A stretch of 39,555 nt of DNA from a virus. Shown here one piece after another: positions 6,961 through 15,248 of the stretch. The stretch is from positions 1 to 39,555 of IMG/VR virus record IMGVR_UViG_3300045988_046971. One strand, written 5' to 3'. Numbering within the stretch: position 1 is the stretch's first letter; the number at the start of each line of letters is the position of its first letter. The translations under genes and the position numbers were made by a program. The notes under the pieces are model-generated. The model worked only from the letters and a program-made list of their open reading frames with translations. It searched no databases and had not been told where the DNA came from.

Positions 6961-7008
6961 AGAACGCCCCAGATGCAATTGAGCGTCTGGGGCGTTCTTC
7001 TATTTCTA
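6961..7008 (+). terminator. Terminator for the plus-strand gene 6650-6895
   Basis: Stem agaacgcccca (6961-6971) / tggggcgttct (6988-6998), followed by TCTATTTCT on the plus strand. It abuts the stop codon of the convergent deaminase gene. Confidence 0.55.
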
Positions 7009-7431
7009 TGCACCTGTGACGACATCGACGCCGGCGTTGCCAATCATGCGCATGCATACTGGGCACGGTGAGATCTCATTAGGCGGGATGCGCTCGCCTG
7101 TCTCGAGGTCGACACCGGCCAAGTACAGTGTCGCGCCGATCATTTCAGAGCGCGAGGCCGACAGCATCGCATTCATCTCGGCGTGCACCGCCGGGCATGT
7201 GCCATAGTCGCCGTCGTTATGCCCGTGCCCGCATCGATGGCATATGCCTGCGTCGATGCAGTTGACGTCCCCGCGGGCGGCGCCGTTGTAGCCGGTCGCG
7301 ATGATCTCGTCGTTGGCCACGACCACGGCGCCGTAGCGGCGGCGCAGACACGTCGACCTGGCCGCCACAGCCAGTGCGATATCGAGGTAATACTCGGCCT
7401 TACTAAGCCTCGCCGGTCGATCCGAAAGCAC
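7006..7431 (-). CDS. dCMP deaminase (CMP/dCMP deaminase zinc-binding family)
   Basis: HAEMNA and PCPVCMRMI zinc motifs, and STCLRRRYGAVVV. Start placed at in-frame GTG 7431 after GGAGAGGGG. The ORF-track start at 7515 (also GTG) would overlap dUTPase by more than 100 nt with junk sequence. Confidence 0.8.
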   Translation of the reverse strand: MLSDRPARLSKAEYYLDIALAVAARSTCLRRRYGAVVVANDEIIATGYNGAARGDVNCIDAGICHRCGHGHNDGDYGTCPAVHAEMNAMLSASRSEMIGATLYLAGVDLETGERIPPNEISPCPVCMRMIGNAGVDVVTGA

Positions 7432-7822
7432 CGTCGCCCCTCTCCTCGCCCAACTGCTCGACGAAGTCGGCCAACACGATGGGCATGACGACGAGTTGGC
7501 CGATGCGAGTGCCACCGGGGACCTTCTTCAACTTATCGGTCAAGTTGGTGACGATCGCATGCACTTCGCCGGTATAGCCGGAATCAATCGGCGGCAGCTC
7601 GCAGACGAGGCCTTCGAGGCTCATGCCCGATCGGGGGAATACGCAGGCCATGACGCCGTCAGGCAGCTCGAGCGAGAAGCCCAGCGGGATGCGGCGGGTC
7701 TCATGTGGCTTCAGGGTCTCGCCGAAAGTGGTGTAGACATCGGCACCGGCGTCGTTATAGTGTGCACGGGCAGGGAGTTTGATATCGGCGCCCTCTGTGA
7801 TACGGTTGATCTTAATTTTCAT
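7403..7822 (-). CDS. dut: Trimeric dUTPase-family dNTP pyrophosphatase
   Basis: 139 aa with five dUTPase motifs in order: AGADVY, PRSG, IDSGYTGEV, RIGQLVV and RGDGAFGSTG. GGAGG RBS. Confidence 0.85.
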   Translation of the reverse strand: MKIKINRITEGADIKLPARAHYNDAGADVYTTFGETLKPHETRRIPLGFSLELPDGVMACVFPRSGMSLEGLVCELPPIDSGYTGEVHAIVTNLTDKLKKVPGGTRIGQLVVMPIVLADFVEQLGEERGDGAFGSTGEA

Positions 7823-8630
7823 CGTTTACCTCCATGACAATAGCGTTATTGAGACAATATTCGGATACGGCAGGCCTCGGCTCATCAGACGACATAACGA
7901 TATGTTCGATTTCCGAGATATTGGCCAAAAACTTCTCGATGTCGAACTTGAGGCGTGGCGCGCCGTTGTCGACGCCCCAGACTTCATGGACCCTGTCGAT
8001 GTCTTTCATATACGCATGGAGCGACACCGCGAAATGCGTGTACTTGCCGTATGCGACACCGAGCACATTCGCGATATGCTTCTGCAGCTCCGTGAAGAAC
8101 ACGACGTCGTAAGGCGTGCCGAGCCAAATGTCGTTGGAGCGCATGATGCCTGTGCAATCGAGCTTGCCGTCGCGGAGCTCGAATACGAGGGCGATCGTGC
8201 AGATCTCGTCTTTCGTCTCGAAACGCCATGGGTTCGGCACGTTGAAATTGATGATCGCGCGGCGTGAACTCGGGTCACGCGTGAGCGTGTCGATGACCTG
8301 TTCGACCTGGTCGAAGCCGTAGCGGTTGAACACGATGGCGCCGTACGCCGACCGGTTCGTCACGCCGTTGTCGCTGATGTGCTTCCAAAACGACGAGAAC
8401 TTCGAGATGAAATCGACATCATCGCGGCCTGTGAAATACCATGCGAGCTCGCCCAGCATGTACGAGAGCGAAAAACTCGTTCGGACCGTCGCGATGTTGT
8501 CGGTGATATCTAGCAGTGTGAAACCACTATTGCACAGTTCTTTAGTGCCTGCAACCTCATGGCCTTGCACCGAGATCTTGCCGCAGAGCTGGCGGTAGAT
8601 GTCGTTCATCGACTTGCCTACAACATGCAT
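7812..8630 (-). CDS. Thymidylate-synthase-family pyrimidine C5-(hydroxy)methylase; candidate dCMP hydroxymethylase (gp42-like)
   Basis: 272 aa. Catalytic-Cys segment DEICTIALVFELRDGKLDCTGIMRSNDIWLGTPYD. The residue 31 positions after the Cys is Asp, as in T4 gp42 (D179), not the Asn of ThyA (N177). MRSND and ELAWYF..FW...NSAYG-type segments resemble my recalled gp42 sequence more than ThyA. Confidence 0.6.
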   Translation of the reverse strand: MHVVGKSMNDIYRQLCGKISVQGHEVAGTKELCNSGFTLLDITDNIATVRTSFSLSYMLGELAWYFTGRDDVDFISKFSSFWKHISDNGVTNRSAYGAIVFNRYGFDQVEQVIDTLTRDPSSRRAIINFNVPNPWRFETKDEICTIALVFELRDGKLDCTGIMRSNDIWLGTPYDVVFFTELQKHIANVLGVAYGKYTHFAVSLHAYMKDIDRVHEVWGVDNGAPRLKFDIEKFLANISEIEHIVMSSDEPRPAVSEYCLNNAIVMEVNDEN

Positions 8631-9094
8631 TTCAAAACCTCCTTAATACACCAATCGACGTCATTGTCGTCCAAAGTGATCACACTACTATTCGCGGCGG
8701 CGAACTCCTCGTAACGACGATAAATGAGCCCGATATTATCGGTGATGACGTCGCCGAACTCGTCGCCGCGTAGCGTGAGGCGCCGTACCACCTCAGCGAG
8801 CGGCGGTAACACGATGACGATCGGGATGCCTAAGACAGAACACATATAAGTCAGTTTCTCACACGCATCGTTGTCGATACGTTGGGTGCGGCCAAATATA
8901 TCGGCGTAAACTTGTTCGCTGATCCAGCAGCGGTCGATCACGACGCCGTCACATGCGAGCTTTTGCATGTACTCGGTGGCCGACTGTCCGCCGTTGCACG
9001 TCATTTTTAAGATGTTCATGTCGAGTTTATCGGCGAGCGCCTTCGCGAGCGTGGACTTGCCGGCGCCGTCAGGGCCTTCGATGATGATAGGCAT
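8618..9094 (-). CDS. Thymidylate-kinase-like dNMP kinase (P-loop)
   Basis: 158 aa from ATG 9094 (AAGGAG RBS). The N-terminal IIIEGPDGAGKSTLAKAL is the TMK-type P-loop. Confidence 0.7.
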   Translation of the reverse strand: MPIIIEGPDGAGKSTLAKALADKLDMNILKMTCNGGQSATEYMQKLACDGVVIDRCWISEQVYADIFGRTQRIDNDACEKLTYMCSVLGIPIVIVLPPLAEVVRRLTLRGDEFGDVITDNIGLIYRRYEEFAAANSSVITLDDNDVDWCIKEVLKCML

Positions 9095-9096
9095 AA

Positions 9097-10980
9097 TTAC
9101 TCCTTCGTAAAAACACGTACACGTTTGCCGTTGATACGGCATGTCTTGCTTGCCAAGCCGTAGTGTTTGTTGGCCTGGCGGGTGAACTCGTTTTGACCGA
9201 GCGGCTTCAGGTTGTTCCTGATCGCCCAGGCCATATAGTAGTCGTACACAAGTGCCGTCGACTCGTTCACCACCTCGTCGACGGGCGTATCCTCGAAGTA
9301 ACCGAGGACGGGGTTGTTGGCGACGTGATAGTCCTCGATCTCCTTGACGACGACTTCGGGCATCGTGAATGAGCGGTTCGCCAAAACACGCTCAAGCCCC
9401 TTGAGGCCGATATTGATCAAGTGGCTCATGACATCAGGCGAATGGAGCTTGTACTTGATATATGGGTCGAAGTCCGGGTCGTCTTTAGAAAACGTCGCCT
9501 TGAACGGCACGAGCACGATGCGGTCGAGTACGGCACCGGTCTTGTCCCTGATGCGTGGCATGGAATTCGCCGAGAACAACAGCTTGGCGTAGCTGGCGAA
9601 GTCGAACGGGTCTTGTCCCTTCCGTTCGGCATTGACGCGGTCGCCGCTGACGAGCTTCTTGAAAATAGCGGGGTTCGCGATGAACTCGTCGCCGATGTCG
9701 TCGCCAATGTTGGCCAGTTTGCCGAATAGCTCCGCCGTCTTGAATCGCTCACCGAGTTCGGCCAGATCGAGGGCTGACGTATTGCTGTCGCCGAGCAGCG
9801 TCTTGAGCATGTCGAGGTAGGTCGACTTGCCGTTCGCCTTGTCGCCGATAAGGATGAAACTCTTGCGGAGCTCATTGCGCCTATAGAACAGGTAGCCGAT
9901 GACCTCCTCCAGCAAGGCGTAGATCCCGTCGTCGTCGCAGGCGAGGCGCCGCAGCGTCTTGTCGGTGAACTCCGACCAAATCGTCGGGTCATACTCCCAT
10001 GGGATACGGTTCGTGATCACGAACTCCGGCGAGAACGGCTCGAGCTCGCCTGTCTTGATGTCGTATACGCCGTTGGCGAATGCGATGTAGTCGGCGTCGG
10101 CCGCAGGGGCGTCGTCTTGGATGAGCACATCGAGGTAGTTGAGCACCTCGGTGCGCTTGGCCTTCGACAACATAGGCAAATGCCGGATCATCGCGTTCTC
10201 GATGAGCAGATTGCCGGACACATAGACGCCGTCGCGGTATATATGGAGCTGCCGGCCGATCTTGACGATACGGTGCTCGTTCTTGAGGTATTCGGCGAAC
10301 TTGTCGAACAGGAACGTGCCTTTGTTGAAAAACACGTCTTCGGCAAAAGCGTCGTCGCGGTAGACGACGCTCAGCTCTTGCTGCTCCATAGGCTTCTCGA
10401 ACATATACCGGTTGATGATGTCCAGGGTCTCACGCGCCTCGTCTTTCGTGAAACCTTCCGATTGCAATGTCAAGATGTAGTTGAATAACGCTTGGTTGCG
10501 GCCGTCGCCTTCTTCCATCTCACCGAACTCAGGTGCGTACTGCACAGGCCTGAGCCAACACGGCAGCTCGTCGTAACTTTCGTCCGGCTCGATGTCATAG
10601 GTCACATCGCGCTCATGGCCATCGACTTTCAGGCTGCCATATGTGGCTTTCGACCCGACTTTGATGTCGGCTTCGATGCCTATCGCCAGGCGTACGTGAG
10701 TCTTGCATTTCATACCGCGGGGGTAGCCGACGAAATAGAAATGCTTGCCACGAGTCGTCGCGATGACCTTGCACGCAATTTGCTCGGCCTCGATGATGTC
10801 CATCAGCTTTTCGCTCTGCGCCATGTCGTCGACATCGACGAAAATCGTCTCAGGTGCCAACACACCGCCGTAACCATCGAGCTTGCGCGCCTGGGCCAAT
10901 GTGAGGTACTGGCCGTCCTTCAGCTTCTGCGCGCACTTCTTGCCGTTGAGTTTCACATAACCGAGAAATAGCCGGTCCAT
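9097..10980 (-). CDS. Primase-polymerase / P4-D5-type helicase fusion (replicative primase-helicase)
   Basis: 627 aa from ATG 10980. N-terminal prim-pol motifs (FVDVDD, TTRGKHFYF). C-terminal Walker A GDKANGKST and the layout of phage/plasmid primase P4-family C-terminal domains. Confidence 0.8.
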   Translation of the reverse strand: MDRLFLGYVKLNGKKCAQKLKDGQYLTLAQARKLDGYGGVLAPETIFVDVDDMAQSEKLMDIIEAEQIACKVIATTRGKHFYFVGYPRGMKCKTHVRLAIGIEADIKVGSKATYGSLKVDGHERDVTYDIEPDESYDELPCWLRPVQYAPEFGEMEEGDGRNQALFNYILTLQSEGFTKDEARETLDIINRYMFEKPMEQQELSVVYRDDAFAEDVFFNKGTFLFDKFAEYLKNEHRIVKIGRQLHIYRDGVYVSGNLLIENAMIRHLPMLSKAKRTEVLNYLDVLIQDDAPAADADYIAFANGVYDIKTGELEPFSPEFVITNRIPWEYDPTIWSEFTDKTLRRLACDDDGIYALLEEVIGYLFYRRNELRKSFILIGDKANGKSTYLDMLKTLLGDSNTSALDLAELGERFKTAELFGKLANIGDDIGDEFIANPAIFKKLVSGDRVNAERKGQDPFDFASYAKLLFSANSMPRIRDKTGAVLDRIVLVPFKATFSKDDPDFDPYIKYKLHSPDVMSHLINIGLKGLERVLANRSFTMPEVVVKEIEDYHVANNPVLGYFEDTPVDEVVNESTALVYDYYMAWAIRNNLKPLGQNEFTRQANKHYGLASKTCRINGKRVRVFTKE

Positions 10981-12704
10981 CACATCACCCCAAACTGTGC
11001 CAATCGTGTTTTCGCCAACTGTATATACCAACTCTTATCCAGATAGCTCGGGCACTTCTTGCCATGCACGTCGCCGTTGTCGATAAACGAGTGCTCGCTT
11101 GTGTTGCCGAACTTCTCGGGCTTGGCCTTACCGGCTTTGATCCGCCCGATCATGCCGTCTGACTCACGTGTGGATGCGAATACGCGGAAACACTTGTCTG
11201 TGAGCCGCTCGTGCCCGTGTACACCGTACTTGTATTTGCCAGACACCTTCACGACTCGCTGGTAATCGATCAGATCATCGTCAGCCATGATCGTGTCTTC
11301 GACAGGTACGCCGTGCACCATGTATTCGACAAGCGCCTTGTTGACGACGGCGAGGTCGTAATCGAGCGGACCCAACTTCTTGACATAGGCACCCTTCGTC
11401 TTCATCGACCCGTCTGCCGCCACGAGGACGTAGTTATTGACGTCCTTTTGGTAGACACGCGTGAACTCATCGAATTCCAGACTCATACCAGTACGGCGTT
11501 CCCACTCATAGGCCACGTCGTCGACGCGGTCATAAAATACATCAGGCCCGCCATCGAAATCGTCAGGCATGCGGATGAGCACGCCATCGGTATTGCTTTG
11601 GATGATCTCAGCACCGACGCCACACTTGAGCTTATGCATGAGGTCGATAAGCATGAGCTGGCCGTTGACGCAAACCATGTTGGCCTGCCGCGGGTCATAG
11701 AGTGCGTTGAACTTGTCTTTGCTGGCGCCGTAAGTGCCGTTAACGACGAGCTTCAATGCCTTCTGGCGAGGGTCCTTCGCATGCTTCAATTCGATTCGAT
11801 GGTCTCGAATGCCCTTGAACTTCGACGGGTCCTGCACATTGCGCGACAGCAGCTCGTGCGCAATCATCTCAGCCGGGTAATAACTTTCGACATCGACGTT
11901 GATGAAATAACCTTCGCCGGCGTATTGTGCTATCGCGCCATGCAGGCCTCCCCACGCACACTTGTGTGGACAGCCGGCAATATCGAAATCGAGCGTCGCC
12001 GAGTAATCTTGGTTCGCAGGGTCGAGATACCATGATCGGATAAAATCATACGGGCCGAGATCGAGGCACGGCAACGGCACGATGTCGAATTCGTCGTCAC
12101 GCGGGTGTACAGGCCGCTCGGCACCCAAGATGATAGCCGTGAGCTGTGCATCGGTCTTGCCGAGGTACACCAATGGCAAATTGAACATCTTGAGCAGGTC
12201 CATGCGTGCATCGAATTCACTTTTGCGTTGCATGAATACCTCGATGGTCTGCTCGACATCGTGGCGGCAATATTTAACGGTCTCGGCAATCTCGGCTTCG
12301 GTCAGCTTACGGTCGATATCGAACGGCACCGTCGTCTCGCAGATGTCGTTGCCGAGATACGCCTCGTGTGTCTTGAGGCCCCTGTCAGTGCGCGGGTGGA
12401 ATACATCGTAGTTGACCATGTAAACCTTGCGCAACAAACTCGAATACTGCCAGCCCTTGTGGCCTTCGGCGATGATGAAATCGTTGATAGCCTTCGGGTC
12501 GAAGCCGCACAAGATGCCTTTAAAAATGAACTGGTCGTAATGGAGGTTGTTGTAACCCACCCAGATCTCACGCTTGTGCTCTTCGTAGAGCGCGGTGAGC
12601 GCGTCGGCATCGTTGATGATGACGCGCTCATCGTGTGCAACAGGGTTGATGACTACGACCATCCAGTCGTGTTTGAAAACTTCGAAGTCGTAGAAATTGA
12701 GCAT
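10980..12704 (-). CDS. DNA polymerase with 3'-5' exonuclease domain (family-B-like motifs)
   Basis: 574 aa. Exo I YDFEVF, Exo II YNNLHYDQ, Exo III YCRHDV. Motif A VDVESYYPAEM, motif B KLVVNGTYGASK, motif C SNTDGV. Confidence 0.8.
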   Translation of the reverse strand: MLNFYDFEVFKHDWMVVVINPVAHDERVIINDADALTALYEEHKREIWVGYNNLHYDQFIFKGILCGFDPKAINDFIIAEGHKGWQYSSLLRKVYMVNYDVFHPRTDRGLKTHEAYLGNDICETTVPFDIDRKLTEAEIAETVKYCRHDVEQTIEVFMQRKSEFDARMDLLKMFNLPLVYLGKTDAQLTAIILGAERPVHPRDDEFDIVPLPCLDLGPYDFIRSWYLDPANQDYSATLDFDIAGCPHKCAWGGLHGAIAQYAGEGYFINVDVESYYPAEMIAHELLSRNVQDPSKFKGIRDHRIELKHAKDPRQKALKLVVNGTYGASKDKFNALYDPRQANMVCVNGQLMLIDLMHKLKCGVGAEIIQSNTDGVLIRMPDDFDGGPDVFYDRVDDVAYEWERRTGMSLEFDEFTRVYQKDVNNYVLVAADGSMKTKGAYVKKLGPLDYDLAVVNKALVEYMVHGVPVEDTIMADDDLIDYQRVVKVSGKYKYGVHGHERLTDKCFRVFASTRESDGMIGRIKAGKAKPEKFGNTSEHSFIDNGDVHGKKCPSYLDKSWYIQLAKTRLAQFGVM

Positions 12705-12712
12705 CGCCGCAC

Positions 12713-13180
12713 CTAGTCAAGCTCGAAAATGTCAGTAATCTGGAAAGTATTGAAACCCTTGTTGTTCTCGCCATACTCCAAACCGTACTCGAATTTACCA
12801 TCGATATACTCGGCAATATCGAGCAGCAGATCGTTGTACTCTGCGTAACCCGTAAACTCGACGTCGATGTCAGAACCCTCAGGCAGCAGCGAACGGAGGA
12901 AAGCGTTCATAATGTGGATCTGGAAACCCTGCGTGATGACCTGATTCATGAAAATACGCTGGCCCTTGAACTCGCCGTCACTCACAATCTTCATCCAGCA
13001 CGACGCCATCGGCTTGCCGGTCTTCTTGGTCTCGGTGAGCTCGAGCTTGTCGATCGCGACCTCATAACTACCGTGGGGTACGTCCTTAAAATCGCCACCG
13101 TCGCCATTTGCCTCGGCGTCGGCGATGTCCTTCTTGAGGCCGTCGATGTCGACCATCTTGTCAAACTTGCTGAAGTCCAT
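12713..13180 (-). CDS. DUF669-like phage protein (SSB-like partner of Sak4-type recombinases)
   Basis: 155 aa. VPHGSYEVAIDKLELTETKKTGKPM...GEFKGQ pattern, and position immediately downstream of the AAA_24/Sak4-like domain. Confidence 0.55.
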   Translation of the reverse strand: MDFSKFDKMVDIDGLKKDIADAEANGDGGDFKDVPHGSYEVAIDKLELTETKKTGKPMASCWMKIVSDGEFKGQRIFMNQVITQGFQIHIMNAFLRSLLPEGSDIDVEFTGYAEYNDLLLDIAEYIDGKFEYGLEYGENNKGFNTFQITDIFELD

Positions 13181-13210
13181 GATATATCCTTTCAGATGTC
13201 AAAATACTAT

Positions 13211-14944
13211 TTACTCTTCGACGACGCGACGCTTGCGGGTGCGGCGCTTCGGCTTTTCCTCGACAGCCTCGGGCTCTGCGGTTTCCTCGGCATCGAACGG
13301 CGGTTCCTCCTCGGTAGCAGGCTTGGCCTTACGTACACGACGCTTCGGCTTCTCCTCCGCGGCGTCAGGCTCCTCGACGACCTCGGTCTCAGTCTCAGTC
13401 TCAGCCTCAACCTCAGGCTTAGGCTCTGCCTTCTTGCGTGCCTTCGGCTTCTCTGCCTCGGCCTCGACCTTCGTGCCCTGTGCCTCGAGCAACGCCGTGT
13501 TGAATGCATCGACAGTGAGGTCGCAGCGGTCACGTTTGAAATCGATACGGCCGCCACCAAAGACGTTCTCGTTCTTACGGAGCTGGAGGAAATGGCCGCG
13601 CTCGTCCATATAGGCGCGGAGTGTCATGGTGACGGTACCTGCGAGCACGTTCGCGACCTTGTCCGGCAGGTTCGGCTTGAACGTCGAGACCTTCATGCCG
13701 TTGGCGTACGTGATCTCAGTGACGAGCTCCTTGGAGATATAGATGATACGGTAGCCGAGGGACTTCAGGCGCTTCATCTGGCTGAGGAACTCAGTGCGCA
13801 CCATGTCCCAGCCCTTACCGTAGCCGCCATCACTCTCATGCTTGATACCGAGCTGGTCGAACACATAGAATCGGCAGTGCTCGTACAGGTCTTCGACCAA
13901 GTCGAGCGCGATGACGTGGAAGCTGTTGTCATGCTTCTCCAGCTCGTCGATGACCTCGCGGAACTTCGACCATGCGAGCACCTTGCGGCTCATACGGCCT
14001 TCGGTCACGAGCTCGTCGGCAATCTGGATAAACGGGCTCGTGATATTCTGGGTGTTGCCATCTGTATTGATGAACAGCACGTCGTCGAAATGGTCGACAA
14101 ACGTCGACTTGCCGACATAACTATCGGCGTAGATCCACATATCGGGTTCGGTGATGACAGCCTCAGGGCGGCGTTCGTTCTTGGGCAGGATAAGCATATC
14201 ATTTCCTCCTATGCAAAAATCTTTGTAATCGCACCAGTCGCATAGGCGCGACTCATGCTTTGGGAATTCGGTGGCATTCGCCATCGTACAAGTGCCGACC
14301 GCGAAGTCGGCGACTTTTTGAGAGTCATATTGGACACGGTAGAGAGCCGGCCACATGTCTTCCAATGTCGCAGCGAGGCGCTCGCGGAATTGGTAGAGGT
14401 CTTCGGTCTTCTTCTGCCTGATCATCGTCTTGGGCACAATCAGGAATGCCATGTCTTGGATGATCTCACCGGGGTGCGTCTTTTCGTAAAAATACTTATA
14501 GACGCTGAGCTGTCCACTTTCGAGGTACCTGTCGACATTGTTCGAATACTTAAAATCAAGCATCGTCCACAGGCCCTTGCCGCGCGGGATGAGCATATCG
14601 ATAAACCCGACAAAACCGCTGTCGTCCTCGACCTTTACCTCAAACACTGGGTCGGTGTCGTCGTCCAACATGCCCCATGCGAGTTCGCGGGCACGTTGGC
14701 CGAGTACGCGGATCTTCATGATCTCGTTGGCCATAAGGTCGGTCATGACGGGGTATGCGGCTTTGTAGTTCGCGATGGCCTCGTCGACACCGACTTCGAT
14801 GCATTCGTGGAGCATCGTGCCGATAACGAGCGGGTTTGCCGCGTCACAGTTGAACGGCACTTCAAGGCCGTCGACATAGTTGAGCTCAAACTTACGCGGG
14901 CACTGGGTGAAGGTACCGACCCTCGAATATGAGGTCTTGAACAT
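13211..14944 (-). CDS. Fusion protein: Cas4/RecB-like PD-(D/E)XK nuclease + Sak4/AAA_24-like ATPase + charged repeat tail
   Basis: 577 aa in a single ORF. N-terminal half has C15 plus CDWCDYKDFC (Cas4-type 4-Cys), GFIDML...MLDFKYS (D...DxK) and QLSVYKY (QxxxY). C-terminal half has the Walker A YADSYVGKST. The tail carries two EEKPKRR(V/T)RK repeats, ETETETE and EEEPPFD. Confidence 0.7.
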   Translation of the reverse strand: MFKTSYSRVGTFTQCPRKFELNYVDGLEVPFNCDAANPLVIGTMLHECIEVGVDEAIANYKAAYPVMTDLMANEIMKIRVLGQRARELAWGMLDDDTDPVFEVKVEDDSGFVGFIDMLIPRGKGLWTMLDFKYSNNVDRYLESGQLSVYKYFYEKTHPGEIIQDMAFLIVPKTMIRQKKTEDLYQFRERLAATLEDMWPALYRVQYDSQKVADFAVGTCTMANATEFPKHESRLCDWCDYKDFCIGGNDMLILPKNERRPEAVITEPDMWIYADSYVGKSTFVDHFDDVLFINTDGNTQNITSPFIQIADELVTEGRMSRKVLAWSKFREVIDELEKHDNSFHVIALDLVEDLYEHCRFYVFDQLGIKHESDGGYGKGWDMVRTEFLSQMKRLKSLGYRIIYISKELVTEITYANGMKVSTFKPNLPDKVANVLAGTVTMTLRAYMDERGHFLQLRKNENVFGGGRIDFKRDRCDLTVDAFNTALLEAQGTKVEAEAEKPKARKKAEPKPEVEAETETETEVVEEPDAAEEKPKRRVRKAKPATEEEPPFDAEETAEPEAVEEKPKRRTRKRRVVEE

Positions 14945-15248
14945 CGCAGTTTCCTCCTTTCTCCTTAAGGCGTTGTACTAGCCGTTTGAATTGGGCGAAA
15001 TCATCCGGCCAGACGATAACGGCTATGCCTCCGCTTTCCGTGATCTTCCCACAGTGGTAGACTTGTAATGGCGACGGCTTTCCATTTGGGCCTTTGAGCT
15101 CGATGCCGACGAAACGGCCGTTGACACATGCCAAGATGTCTGGTACACCGGCCCGCGTGTTGCGGTTGGCGAAAAACTTGACGTGCCATATGCCTTGCGA
15201 ATCGAGCCACCGCTTCAGACGGTTTTCGAAGTTCTTTTCGCCTGCCAA
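14892..15248 (-). CDS. VRR-NUC domain nuclease
   Basis: 118 aa; TTG start 15248 after GGAGGTGA. GVPDILAC...GIELKGPNGKPSPLQ (PD...ExK core). Confidence 0.7.
   Translation of the reverse strand: MAGEKNFENRLKRWLDSQGIWHVKFFANRNTRAGVPDILACVNGRFVGIELKGPNGKPSPLQVYHCGKITESGGIAVIVWPDDFAQFKRLVQRLKEKGGNCDVQDLIFEGRYLHPVPA

Noticed and set aside
13211-13450. DNA-level tandem repeats at the 3' end of the nuclease-ATPase gene (the gtctca hexamer triplet and duplicated cttcggcttctcctc segments) as a possible non-coding repeat or mobile-element scar.
   Set aside because: They are in frame and encode the Glu/Lys/Pro-rich tail (ETETETE and EEKPKRR repeats). This is a low-complexity coding repeat rather than a separate element.
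12914-14245. A long plus-strand ORF (443 aa), together with similar long plus-strand ORFs at 4994-5944, 15537-16850, 26520-27689, 30787-31971, 34592-35605 and 36060-37484.
   Set aside because: All lie antisense to minus-strand genes with clear family motifs. Their translations are low-complexity Leu/Arg/Val/Asp-rich strings with no RBS or motif support. These are typical shadow ORFs of GC-rich coding DNA.
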